The translations under genes were made by a program, and so were the position numbers. Below are positions 26,943 to 40,395 of a DNA stretch of 64,000 nucleotides, in pieces (position 1 is the stretch's first letter; the number at the start of each line of letters is the position of its first letter). The notes beneath the pieces were generated by a model, which saw only the letters and a list, made by a program, of their open reading frames with translations, did no database searches and was not told the origin of the DNA. The stretch comes from Octopus sinensis (Eukaryota): positions 104,160,001-104,224,000 of the forward strand of contig NC_043005.1 of assembly GCF_006345805.1 (NCBI RefSeq). Reading direction: 5' to 3'.

Positions 26943-29125
26943 TATGCATTCATGGAGAAGAACGATATTTTCCCCATTGAACAAAAAGGGTGCCGCCGAG
27001 GCTCTTACGGATGCAAAGATCAACTGCTAATCAATCGTATGATCCTTGAGAACTGTCACAACAAGCGCAGAAATCTCAGCACCGCATGGATTGACTACAA
27101 AAAGGCCTTCGACAGTATACCGCATCCATGGATCTTGAGATCGCTGGACATCTTCAAAATTTCCCCTGTGATTTCAAACTTCCTGAAGCACAATATGTCG
27201 TTGTGGAATACGAATCTCCAATTATACCACTCTAATGGAGATTTTGCCTCAGAAAATATAAACATCAACTGTGGAATTTTTCAAGGTGAATCACTTTCAC
27301 CTTTAATATTCTGCATAGCCCTAAAACCCTTTCAAGTGAATTAAACAGAACAGGGTATGGGTATAAAATTGCCAATAAAAAAAATAAGCCATCTATTTTA
27401 TATGGATGACTTAAAACTTTATGGTAAAGACAATAATGAACTTGAAGGCCTATGTCGCACCGTGAAAGCATTCAGCGATGACATCGGATGGAGTTTGGAC
27501 TTGAGAAGTGTGCCAAGGCCACTTTCCAGAAAGGGAAAGTGAAGACCACAAATTCAGTCGTGTTAGATGTTGACACAGTCATAAGAGAGCTTGAGCAAGA
27601 ACAAACATACAAATATTTAGGGATAAATGAAGGCTCTGGTATTCAGCATGCAAGCATGAAAGAGAAAATCAGGAAGGAATGTTATAGGAGAGTTCGTGCA
27701 GTCCTGAAATCTGAACTAAATGCACGTAACAAGGTGTTAGCTATAAATTCTTTAGCAGTCCCAGTTGTTACTTATAGCTACAATGTGTTGAACTGGAATA
27801 TGAGTGAAGTAAAGAATATAGATAGAAAAATACGCAAGCTGCTGAGTTGTAATAGGATGCACCACCCAAAGGCAGACGTAGATCGCCTTTACCTTCCCAG
27901 AGCCCAAGGAGGTCGAGGCCTGATCCAATTTGAACTAGCTTACAAAACAACCACAATTGGACTGGCCAAATATCTCGAAATATCGAATGACTGGATGCTA
28001 AAGCTCGTGGAAAATCACGAGAGACGAAAGAAGCTTCATTCTATCATAAAGGAAAGCAAAAAATTTGCTATTGATCTCGTGCAGGATACCCAAACTGAAC
28101 AACCCGAGGGAAGTACGGCAACTATTGTTGCAAAGAAGGTGAAAATGATGGCAATGAAAAAAGCGCACGAGCAATTGGCTGATAGGTGGGAGGAGAAACC
28201 TCTGCACGGCAAATATGTGACCCGCAGCAAACAAGCTGATGTTGACCAGAAGCACCCATCAGTGGCTACGGAGCTCAGGGCTAAAAGCAGAGAGCGAAGG
28301 TTTCATCCTGGCTGCTCAAGATCAAAGCCTATTAACCCGGAACTACCAGGCCAATGTGATGAAAAATGGAGCAGACCCAAAATGCCGATTCTGCAACGAC
28401 ATGATTGAAAGAGTGGACCACCTAATCTCTGGATGTAAAGTCTTAGCACCAGTGGAGTATAAATTAAGACATGACAGAGTTGGCCAATATCTCCACTGGC
28501 TAATAAGTCGGCATTACAATATCAAAACTGCCGACAAGTGGTATAATCACCACCCTGAGGCTGTAACTGAAGGAGAAAATGTAACGATTCTGTGGGACTT
28601 TCCAGTACATACAGACCGAACCATCAAGGCCAATAAACCAGATATTGTTGTGAAAGACCAAAACAATAAAGTTTGCTTATTGATCGACATGAGCATCCCC
28701 TGTGATCATAATATCTCAGCGAAAGAGTTTGACAAGCTCAGAAAATATAAAGACCTACTCATTGAAATTAAGAAAATGTGGCATCTCAAGGCGGTTACAA
28801 TACCAGTGATCGTAGGAGCACTAGGAATGATCAAGAAGGGAACCGAAAATTATATGAGAATGATCCCTGGCTTACCATCCCTGCAAGAAGTGCAAAAGAT
28901 TGTCTTAACTGGTACATCACACGTATTGAGAAGAGCATTGTCGATGTGAGAACTGTTGCTGCTCATGTATTTTAATTTAACTTTAAAAAAAAAAAAAAAA
29001 GAACGAACTACTGAGTTTGGTTTAATGGCCTACCAATGTATACTATGAGTTTCTTTGCCCTAGGAGTCGGGAAGACATTCGGCAAGAAATGGAAGCAAAT
29101 TTGAAAGAAGAAAATAAAAAAAAAT
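26941..29125 (+). mobile_element. 5'-truncated R4/Dong-like retrotransposon: RT C-terminal half, CCHC knuckle, restriction-like endonuclease, 3' UTR
   Basis: EQKGCRRGSYGCKDQL, WIDYKKAFDSIPH, GIFQGESLSP, FYMDDLKLY, YKYLG, GGRGL, CRFCNDMIERVDHLISGC, KPDIVV..LIDMSIP..KEFDKLRKYKDL; stop at 28947-28949; three single-base frameshifts; TAA tracts on both sides. Confidence 0.95.
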
Positions 29126-29155
29126 TATAATAATGATAATAATAATAATAATATA

Positions 29156-29188
<33 letters not shown>

Positions 29189-29189
<1 letters not shown>

Positions 29190-30026
29190 CAGAGGGGTTT
29201 ATCATAGCAGCTCAAGATCAATGCCTACCAACAAGAAACTACCAGGCCAACATATTAAAGATCAGAAGCAGTCCAACGTGTCGTGTATGCAAGCAACAAA
29301 ATGAAACCATTGACCATGTGGTCTCCAAGTGCAGTCTTCTAGCGCCTACAGAGTATCTCAACAGGCACGATAGAGCTGCACAATATATTCACTGGGTAAT
29401 CTGTAAAAACCTGGATTTGCCCCATGAAAAAAACTGGTGGGAACACAAACCACCCCCAGTGCTTGAAAATGACCACATCTCACTCCTCTGGAACTTCACC
29501 ATTCAAACTGACAGAAAGATAGATGCAAATAGGCCAGACATCATATTGAAAGACTTCAAACAAAGAACATGCCTCCTCATTGATATGACTCCCAATCGAT
29601 ATAAACGTATCTGTCAAGACCTACCAAAAACTGAGCAAATATAAAGATCTTGAAATAGAAATCAGCAAAATGTGGAACCTGAAGACTAAAACAATACCTG
29701 TTGTCATAGGTGCCCTGGGAATGATAGCAAAAGGGGCTGATAGCTACCCAACTCAGATACCAGGAAACCCAAAAATGGCAGAAATTCAAAAGATAGTGCT
29801 CATGGGAACTGCTCATATCCTACGCAAAATACTTTCCATGTAATCTCAAGGTTTAAAACAAACATAATTTTCGGTTTAAAAAAAAAAACACTTTTTTTAG
29901 ACATTCATTAGTACAACACCCCCACCCCCCAAATATATGGCACACTAGGCATAACGACAACATGAACTTCCAACCCTGGGTGAGACTTGGAGCCAACTTG
30001 TACATATAAAGCAAAAGTCAAACATA

Positions 30027-30027
<1 letters not shown>
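29189..30027 (+). mobile_element. Second, divergent Dong-like 3' fragment (CCHC + REL + 3' UTR) ending in (TAA)n
   Basis: TEGFIIAAQDQCLPTRNYQ..CRVCKQQNETIDHVVSKC..NRPDIILKD..CLLIDM; followed by TAA at 30028-30093. Confidence 0.9.
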
Positions 30028-30095
<68 letters not shown>

Positions 30096-30097
30096 TA

Positions 30098-30240
30098 AGG
30101 TGTCTTGGGGAAATTTTGAAATTTCCCCAAGACACCTGATGAAGGCTGGAGAGTATATCAGTCGAAAAGTTGTGTTTATAACAAAGATGAGGACAAATAT
30201 TCGTCAAATGTAAATAATATAAATAATGAAAACAATGTAT
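30098..30240 (+). mobile_element. 3' part of an HHR-bearing SINE-like element with a 5' fold-back
   Basis: homologous to 58620-58790 (minus): AAATTTCCCCAAGACAC.TGA.GAAGGCTGGAG.GTATATCAG..GAAA.GTTGTGTT..GATGAGG.CAAATAT.CGTC.AATGTAAATAAT. Confidence 0.75.
30129..30177 (+). ncRNA. Minimal hammerhead motif, stem III mutated
   Basis: AAGACAC-CTGATGA-A-GGCTGG(agagtata)TCAGTC-GAAA-AG-TT-GTGTTT; AG replaces the palindromic CG seen in the 58.7 kb copy. Confidence 0.5.
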
Positions 30241-30399
30241 GTAAGCAAGGTACATACAGCTCGGTCGGCTTAGTAATGCAGTGAAAAGTTGAACACAGAA
30301 AGTAAAAATCCCCAAATTCCGGTAAGCATCTTGCTCGATACGAAAGCGTGTCTGTCATATAACAAAGTTAATAATGGCAATAAGTTTTTTCAAATTATC

Positions 30400-30600
30400 G
30401 CACTAGGTCAGCAAATTTTAGAGGAGAGGTTTAGCCTCTATCTTCGAGCACAGTACTTCACTGGTACTTTATTTTATCTACCTCGAAACGATCACAGGAA
30501 AAAATCGACCTTAGAAGAGTTTGAACTGAGAACGTAATAAATAGGAAAAAATGTCGCTAAAGATTTTGTCCATCGCACTAACGATTGCACCAACGCGCTG
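30400..30600 (-). mobile_element. Degenerate SINE family A copy
   Basis: CTGGTACTTTATTTTATC..CCTCGAAACGAT..AATCGACCT..GAGTTTGAACTGAGAACGTAA. Confidence 0.6.
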
Positions 30601-30722
30601 CCTAACCACATCAATGAGAAAACAAAACCGATCACTGACAATATTAATAATTTTCCATGCAAAAATATAAATAAGCGAATATTTCTTTGTATATTACATA
30701 TTATATATATATTGTATATATT

Positions 30723-30771
<49 letters not shown>

Positions 30772-30936
30772 GTGTATATATATATAAATCTGTGTGTGTA
30801 TGTATGGATGTATATATATGTATATACATATATATATATATTTATATATATATGATATATATATATATATATAATATATATATATATATAATATATATAT
30901 GCATGCATGTATATATATGTATATATATATATATAT

Positions 30937-30991
<55 letters not shown>

Positions 30992-31743
30992 CATGTATAC
31001 ATACACATACGCAGATATGTATTTATATGAGAGAAATGTTTTTAAATGGAAAATTTCCTGTATCTGATATATTAGAATGTTCGCATTTGTTCAGCAATAT
31101 ATATACAACTGTAAAAATAACAGTTTGCATTCATAATAGCCAGCCGTGGCCACCTGTACAACTATGTAATTCTTTCCCGTGTTCGGTGCCATTTTTAGTT
31201 GATACCAAAATATACCAGACGAAAATAAGTGGACTGAGTTTATAGATGGCAATCGGAAATTGTGCCACACTACTATTAATATTATTAATATTTTCCAAGT
31301 CTTCCTATTTTTATTGCATGCTTTCATTGCATTACTAAGCCGAGCTGTATGTAGCTCGCTTACATGCATTGTTTTGTCTTGGTTTTGTATAGAAATACCA
31401 TGCGATATGTGTGCACTGCATACTAGTTCTATTTGGACATATTTGTGAAAGCATATGACCAAGTGGTTAGTGTGTACAGCTAACGATCATAATCTCTTCG
31501 ATTCAGTTCTTGAAGCGGGCGGCTCATTGGATTCATGAGGAAGGCACATTTTCTCCCATTGCCCCGGTTCACTCAGCTGAAAATATGTAACAGCAGAGTG
31601 CTGGTGCAGTTATCTCTCCCTCCAGCAGTCACATATTATCGGATCAAAGCTTGGGAGAGCCTTAAGAATATCTCTATCTGCTCACAAGTACATATGTATC
31701 TAAAACAATTGTTATTGTTATTATTATTATTATTATTATTATT

Positions 31744-32298
31744 GAGTGAGAGAGCAGTGCATGCCATCAAAGTGACACGGGTAAAATATACGAAGCTCAT
31801 TACACCCATCATGACTGCCCATCTGATAAGGGTACACTAGGCACGTGCATCACAACCATATGTGCATGACACGGTGATCTCATATCAAGATAAACAGCAC
31901 ACGACTTTGCAGGCGGTGCCCAGTTAGAATTTTTTTCTGGTCGAGTAGCCCATCCCGCTCAAAAGGTCCCTGAATAAGGGTTGGTTAAGGATGTTGAACG
32001 AAACACCCATCTTTCCAGGGGTGAATAATTCAAACCCCAAAGAATCCCTCTCAGCACACGGATATGATGCTCCCTCACTACTTCTGCTCGTGATCAGAGA
32101 TGCACATATCACCAGCCACTAAGGGACATGCTCAACTGGTTAAGGTCAAACAACTGACAAGCAAACCTGTGGTATTGAGCAAAATATTTGCTGTAGCCCA
32201 TCTTTTATACCAAGACAAAACAATGTACATGATAACACTTGCAATCAGTTAAGATCAGAAGCCACGAGAGCCACTGCCTGGTACTGCATCAGGGTATT
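31744..32298 (-). mobile_element. ~555-bp non-coding element embedded in a TAA/TTA microsatellite
   Basis: GC-richer unique-looking block bounded by (TTA)n at 31710-31743 and 32297-32760; no long ORF. Confidence 0.5.
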
Positions 32299-32331
32299 TA
32301 TTATTATTATTATTAATTATTATTATTATTA

Positions 32332-32401
<70 letters not shown>

Positions 32402-32433
32402 CGTTGTTATTATTATTATTTTTGTCATTATTA

Positions 32434-32495
<62 letters not shown>

Positions 32496-32505
32496 GTTAT
32501 TATTA

Positions 32506-32600
<95 letters not shown>

Positions 32601-32670
32601 GTTGTTGTTATTATAATTTTTATTATTATTATTATTATTGTCGTTGTTTTTATTATTTTTGTTATTATTA

Positions 32671-32711
<41 letters not shown>

Positions 32712-32721
32712 GTTATTATTA

Positions 32722-32753
<32 letters not shown>

Positions 32754-32760
32754 GTCATCA
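32297..32760. repeat. Long (TTA)n microsatellite
   Basis: direct reading. Confidence 0.95.
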
Positions 32761-33521
32761 TCACGACGATGACGACGACGACGACGACGACCACCACCAC
32801 CACCATCACGAACATCACCACGACCATCACACCACAATCACCATTGTCATTGTTATTGTTATTAGTTTTATTGTTGGTGTTGTTGTTTACGTCGTCGTTC
32901 TCGTCGTTGTTGTTGTTGTTTATCGTTGTCATAGATATTATCGCCAATATTGATAATAATATTAATAATGATGGTCTTTTTATTGTCATTGTCTTTCACG
33001 ATGTTGTTGCTTTATTTTATGTGTTTTCTAATTTGTTTTTTTTTACCATTTATTTGTTTCCTCGTTCTCGACATCGTTGACTTCGTTGTTGCTGTCATCG
33101 GCGTCTTGCTGTCATCGCTGTTGCTTTGGTCGTCGCTTTTAACGATTTTAATTGTTTTTGAATTTTCACATTCTTTTTTATTGGCATGAATTCTTGGTGC
33201 AAATATCTTTGCATTGACTGGTGTAGTAGTAGTAGTAGTAGTAGTAGTAGTTGCTGCTGCTGCTGCTGTTATTATTTCTGTTTTTCTTACAGCAGCAGTA
33301 GCAGTAGGTGTAGGAGCAGCAATAGTAGCATCATCATAATCATCGTTATAATCATCGTACCACCACTGATACCATCACCACCACCACCATCACCACCATC
33401 AACCACCACCACCACCACCAACCACCACCTACACCACCACCACCACCACCTACCACCCACCACCACCACCATCACTACTACTACCACCATCACCACCTCC
33501 ACCACCATCAATACTACTACT

Positions 33522-33749
33522 ATTTCTTTATTACCCACAAGGGGCTAAACACAGAGCGGACAAACAAGGACAGACATAGGTATTAAGTCGATTACATCGA
33601 CCCAGTTCGTAACTGGTACTTAATTTATCGACCCCGAAAGGATGAAAGGCAAAGTCGACCTCGGCGGGATTTGAACTCACAACGTAACGCAGACGAAATA
33701 CCGCTAAGCATTTCGCCCGGCGTGCTAACGTTTCTGCCAGCTCGCCGCC
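33522..33749 (-). mobile_element. Full-length SINE family A copy
   Basis: minus: GGCGGCGAGCTGGCAGAAACGTTAGCACGCCGGGCGAAATGC..GAGTTCAAATCCCG (B box)..CCCCTTGTGGGTAATAAAGAAAT. Confidence 0.9.
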
Positions 33750-33813
33750 TTCAATACTACACATCAATACTACTACTACTACTACTACTTCTACTACTAC
33801 CACCACCACCACC

Positions 33814-33870
<57 letters not shown>

Positions 33871-35902
33871 CATATCAGGCCATGAAAAGAGAAGCAAATC
33901 ATGTATATTTATAGCTGAAGGATTGTAGAAAAATGCAAACCTTATATCAATAGCAACGAAAATCATATCCAAAATCATAACCAAAATATTTGTCCCGAAG
34001 AACTCAAATGGATGTAATTAAAAGCTGGAAACTTGCAGGTTTGCAAGCCCACCCATAAGATAGTTTCACGATACTCGACATGCAAATCCATATGAAAAAG
34101 TATGTTTATACAACTCCGGGTGTCGAGAACTTCCATTTGACATCAACAATTTTCGGAAAAATTATATCACCTCCTTTCTTTCCTTCTATACCTTAATTCT
34201 TCGCTGATCGTTTTCTTTGTTTTTCTTCCTTTCCTCCACACTTTTTACTTTACAATCTACCTCTTATTCTGAGTTGAAACTACTATCACGATGTACATGA
34301 AATTGTTTATCACTAACTCTTCACCTGAATCCTTTCAAATTATCTTTCCAATTCAACGGGGTGGTAATGTATTTGCCATGGGTGCACGAATGATCTCTCT
34401 CTCTCGCTAACACGGGTTAAAATTAGAAATATAATAAAATGTTATATATTTTTTTCCAGAATGTTCATGCCAAAAAACGGAAGCAGGGACTACATTTCTG
34501 ATGCACGAAGCAGATCACGCGCATAAAGAGCCAGTTGAATAAGTCAACTAGAAATTGTGAAAACGAAAAAATATATATTTGAGTGATATTACACTCACTG
34601 TGCACTATTTGCGCAAAAACATTTACATAAATATTATCCCTCAGAATACGCTGCCAGTATATTTCAGTGGACATTGAAACGCAGAAATGTGCACTACGCA
34701 ACCACTCTAGAAACAGGTGTAAAGAAATAACGTCGCAAGTCTTTTCTATCAATTCGAAGGTTTTATTTATGACATCATTAATCTATTTACCAAACTGTTT
34801 CATCAACACTCGAAACGTCATTTCTATCTTATCCTGGAGCATACATATTCTACATCTGAACTATTATGAACTTCTCACATTCTGGTCTATTCCTGACCTC
34901 CTGCTATAAATATTCCTTATATATATATATATACATTTTTACAAGAAATGAAAATTGCCGAGTGGATTGTCCTCTTCTGTATGCTGAATACACTTACGAC
35001 AGTGTCTAACATATATAATAGAGAGAGTTGAAAATGTTCTGTTAAATAAGATTATCCTTGCAATTACAAAACGAAATATATTAAAATTTCGTCCATACAA
35101 ACACACACACACAGATACACATACACAAAAACACACACACATACACACACACACAAACACATACACACAAACACACACACATACACACACACACACAAAC
35201 ACATACACAAATATGAATAGAAATGCATATATTTATAGATACACGTCAATACAACTATAAATACATAAATACATGCATATATTTATACAAATTACATACA
35301 CGTATACATGCATAGCTATGTGTGTGTGTGTATGAGTACATAAGCATATATTCATATATAAATACACGAAAAGTTACAAATGCTGTCAAAATTCCAATAA
35401 AAGACACATGTTTGTGTGTTGAAAACCGGCTGTTCTTGTCATACACGTATACATACATGCATTAAGCGTACATACATGCATGCATACATACACGCATACG
35501 TATCTACATATAAACATGCATGCATATATACATACTTACATACGTACACACGCACACATACTCAATATAAGCATATATACACACGTATGCACATACATAC
35601 CTACATGTGGACACACATTGCTTCTAAAAATTCCGCTGCACTTCTCTGCGCTTGTGTTCAATAAGCCAGTTTTGCTATCAGGAAAACAGTAAGCAGACAG
35701 CCGTCAACTAGGTTAACTGCTATTAGTCTAAGAACCCACATGAAACATTAATGCATTCCTCCTGTAGGGAATAAAGCTCAAATATAACCGCTACAATTGA
35801 GCAAATTAATTCATTGTTCTTTCGGTCGTTTTCGCCTTTTGTCTTCGATTGTTTCCATTCTAATGGGACTTATTCTTAGAAATGTGCGACGAAATACAAA
35901 TG

Positions 35903-36249
35903 TGTGTGTGTGTGTGTGTGTATGAATGTATACATAGACACATACTACATATATACATACATACCTACATACAGATAAGCGTGTTTGTATGTGAGAAAGA
36001 GTGGGAGAGAAAGTATGTGTGTGTACGTGTGTACAACAAAACGAAAAAATATATACAACGGGTACAAATACGTTATTAATTTTATATGAATATATATATA
36101 TGTGTGTGTGCGTGTATGTATGTGTATCTGTGTGTTTTTATATATATATGTGTGTGCATGTACATATGTATGTATGCATGTAAGAATGTATGAAAGTGTG
36201 TATGTATGTATGCAACAAAACTAAATTCGTAAGTATAAATAGCATACAC

Positions 36250-36288
<39 letters not shown>

Positions 36289-37840
36289 TTTTACTTGTTT
36301 CAGTCAATGGACTTCGGCCATGCTTGAGTACCGCCTTAGTATATAGATATGTGAAATTTGAATATTCATTTTAACATTGTGACGGCATCTGAACGATATG
36401 ATAGATTATTTTCACGTTTTTTTTATTTATTCCATCTCTTTCTCCCTTATTTTTTTTACTCTTTTCACCTTTTTCTTCTCTTCCCTAACTCACATACTTA
36501 CATCCGCGTACATCCGCTCATGCACACATTCACAGAGCACCCAACACACATTCGTAACTGGAGTTATATACCTCTAGATACATATGCGTACCTGCCTACA
36601 TTTCTATGTACACATACATACATACATACATACTACATACATACATACATACATACATACATACATACATACACACATACATATACATATACATACATAC
36701 AGATTAGGTTCCGGACTATCTCTCGGTGACACACCTTCAGGTTTACATGAGCGTTCCCTCCGTCTTGATATGGTCTTATAATATATGTAACATCAGTGTT
36801 AGTCTACGTTTTAAAAATATACCAGCATGCACATCTTACTATATGCGTATGTATGTATGTGGTGTGTGTGTGTATGAATGTATACATAGACACATACTAC
36901 ATATATACATACATACCTATATACCTACATACAGATAAGCGTGTTTGTATGTGAGAAAGAGTGGGAGAGAAAGTATGTGTGTGTACGTGTGTACAACAAA
37001 ACGAAAAAATATATACAACGGGTACAAATACGTTATTAATTTTATATGAATATATATATATATGTGTGTGTGCGTGTATGTATGTGTATCTGTGTGTTTT
37101 TATATATATATGTGTGTGCATGTACATATGTATGTATGCATGTAAGAATGTATGAAAGTGTGTATGTATGTATGCAACAAAACTAAATTCGTAAGTATAA
37201 ATAGCATACACAAATTATATATATATATATATATATAATATATATATATATATTCTTTTACTTGTTTCAGTCAATGGACTTCGGCCATGCTTGAGTACCG
37301 CCTTAGTATATAGATATGTGAAATTTGAATATTCATTTTAACATTGTGACGGCATCTGAACGATATGATAGATTATTTTCACGTTTTTTTTATTTATTCC
37401 ATCTCTTTCTCCCTTATTTTTTTTACTCTTTTCACCTTTTTCTTCTCTTCCCTAACTCACATACTTACATCCGCGTACATCCGCTCATGCACACATTCAC
37501 AGAGCACCCAACACACATTCGTAACTGGAGTTATATACCTCTAGATACATATGCGTACCTGCCTACATTTCTATGTACACATACATACATACATACATAC
37601 ATACATACATACATACATACATACATACATACATACATACATACACACATACATATACATATACATACATACAGATTAGGTTCCGGACTATCTCTCGGTG
37701 ACACACCTTCAGGTTTACATGAGCGTTCCCTCCGTCTTGATATGGTCTTATAATATATGTAACATCAGTGTTAGTCTACGTTTTAAAAATATACCAGCAT
37801 GCACATCTTACTATATGCGTATGTATGTATGTGTGTGTGT
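35903..37840 (+). repeat. Direct tandem duplication of ~965 bp (35903-36860 / 36861-37840)
   Basis: unique sequence identical between copies; visible differences are microsatellite lengths and small indels. Confidence 0.95.
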
Positions 37841-39970
37841 GTGTTTGTGTTAGTGTGTGAATATGTGTTTTGCATGCTTGTGTATGTACATATATGATTA
37901 TACATACAAATCCAGCCATATATATATATATACATGGGAATATAGAAATTTCGAAATATATACAGACATACACATACTCACATATATATGTTTATACATA
38001 GATACACATACATATATACATTCCTTTGTACTGGCACCATACGCATACAGGCAAAGCATATATAATGCATACTTGCTCACGCCCACACATATACACATTT
38101 ATATATGTACGTACAAATACCTTTATGCGTACATAATACACACATGCGTTTGTACGTAGATAAATCCATACATCATTAACACATTGACACATGCGTTCAG
38201 AAATCTAGTCTTTGTCTAAATGCGTTGAAAGCAATATGAGAATGCGTAAACCAAGAGATCTTGTCTATAAATTGGGTGTTTACTATTTCCAGAGTATTTT
38301 AACACAGAAGATGTATTCAGTTATTGTAGAACCTACAGGGAACTAATGGCAAATCTTCAATATATATATTCATAGCAGCACACAGCAGAAATAAATGACA
38401 CCCTAAATAATCCAATATGATGCAGAATCTAAGAATGGTAATATGTATACTGTTGAATAATTATATTGATTTTTTTTTTTTACTCAGGCATAAAGCAAGT
38501 TGTAATTCTTTGAAATCTTCCTGTATAGAAGACGCTGGATTCCAATTAAGAAATAAAGCTTCATTCTTAGAATTTGGTTAGCAGTAACAATAAAGTGTTA
38601 CACCTAGAATTTTTGAAACCTTGCATATTCCAACTGTTCTGCTTGCATTATAATTTGTAAAATAATAACTCTTGGGTACTTTCCTTCTTTGATCGAAAAT
38701 AAGATCGTGTTGTAAACATGTGTACCAATTACTATGTGAACAAATGTAAATATATGGCCTGTATGAGGAGACTATGATATTCAAAGTTTGTTTGAGATGA
38801 TCTGAAGAATTTTCTGCCAATTTTTCGTCTAGGTTGAGCTTCAAAACAGATGTCTGTCAATGTTTTCTTTGTTTACTTATTTTGAAAGAAACGTTCACAT
38901 ATAGATGCGGCAGCTGGTTTCCACAACAGTACATAATTCTTGCTTTCTGGTCTAAACAAGAATATCAGACATAATTAGAATTGACTGAGACTTTCCATCA
39001 ATATTGGTTGCATTGCTACGCATGAATATACTCTACATCAGACATTATTTTATATTTGTTCGACAGATGGCATTGTATATTGTTTTTGCAGCAATGATAT
39101 ACCACATGTGAAGGTCAAATTTTGATGACATCTTGTGGAGGCTTCTACCCTTATGCATAAATAATGTTCCCATTGACATACGATAAATAAAATTTCAGCC
39201 GCATCATTGGACTTTAAATATTTTCAAGTCTATTTTGTTCAATAGGGATTTTATAGCCATTTCTTGCTTTTGGATTACGAAAGAACAATCTGTGACACAA
39301 CGGTCGCGAGTCGAGAAGTTACACGCATTGTCAATAATGGCATTATATTCGGGAAAGTTGCCCATGCATAAACTGTTGGTATATGGCGTGTTGTCATATT
39401 CCTTTGGTCATATCAAATAGCTTCCAGATACCCCAACTCATTGCATGTTCCTCTCCTCACTTTTGAGCATCTGGTTCATGTATATGTTTTTGTCGTTGGT
39501 GTGTAAGAGTTGATATTTTATACTGTTCGGCTCTCTGGGCAACTCTTATGCTCCTTCACATCTCTTTCTGAGCTGTGAATGAATCGATGCCATATGAACA
39601 TTTTGCGTGTTTTAATAAGTATCGACTGCATTTTCTTTATACTCTTAAAGGTCCTAGAATTAGACTTAGTCCGTTATTGGATATTTTCTTGATGATAGTC
39701 AGAGGTATAAAGCTCAGTCAGTTAGTTCCAAGACCACTCAAAAGTACTCAGGAACGTCAAACTCTAGTTTTCAAAAACTGGCGTTAGGCACTTTGTTCAC
39801 TCTATCTTAACGCACAATACCTTTATTTAATAGATTTTCGTTAATACTTGGGTATTTATATCAAACATTGTGAGAAAAAGGAAAAAGAGAGAAGTGAACT
39901 GTTCTAAGAAGCGTTAAGAAAGTTTTTACAAGAGCTATCACGGAGCAGCATTGTGTATGGTTGTATTTTT

Positions 39971-40395
<425 letters not shown>

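Noticed and set aside
34445-34545. Strong acceptor TTTTTTTTCCAG followed by short frames (e.g. CSCQKTEAGTTFLMHEADHAHKEPVE*)
   Set aside because: No codon bias, donor or recognisable homology
39300-39430. Minus-strand QHAIYQQFMHGQL resembling KolX / P2X7-ballast-like motifs of Kolobok transposons
   Set aside because: Short, interrupted by stops, with no supporting Cys cluster or transposase; needs a profile search
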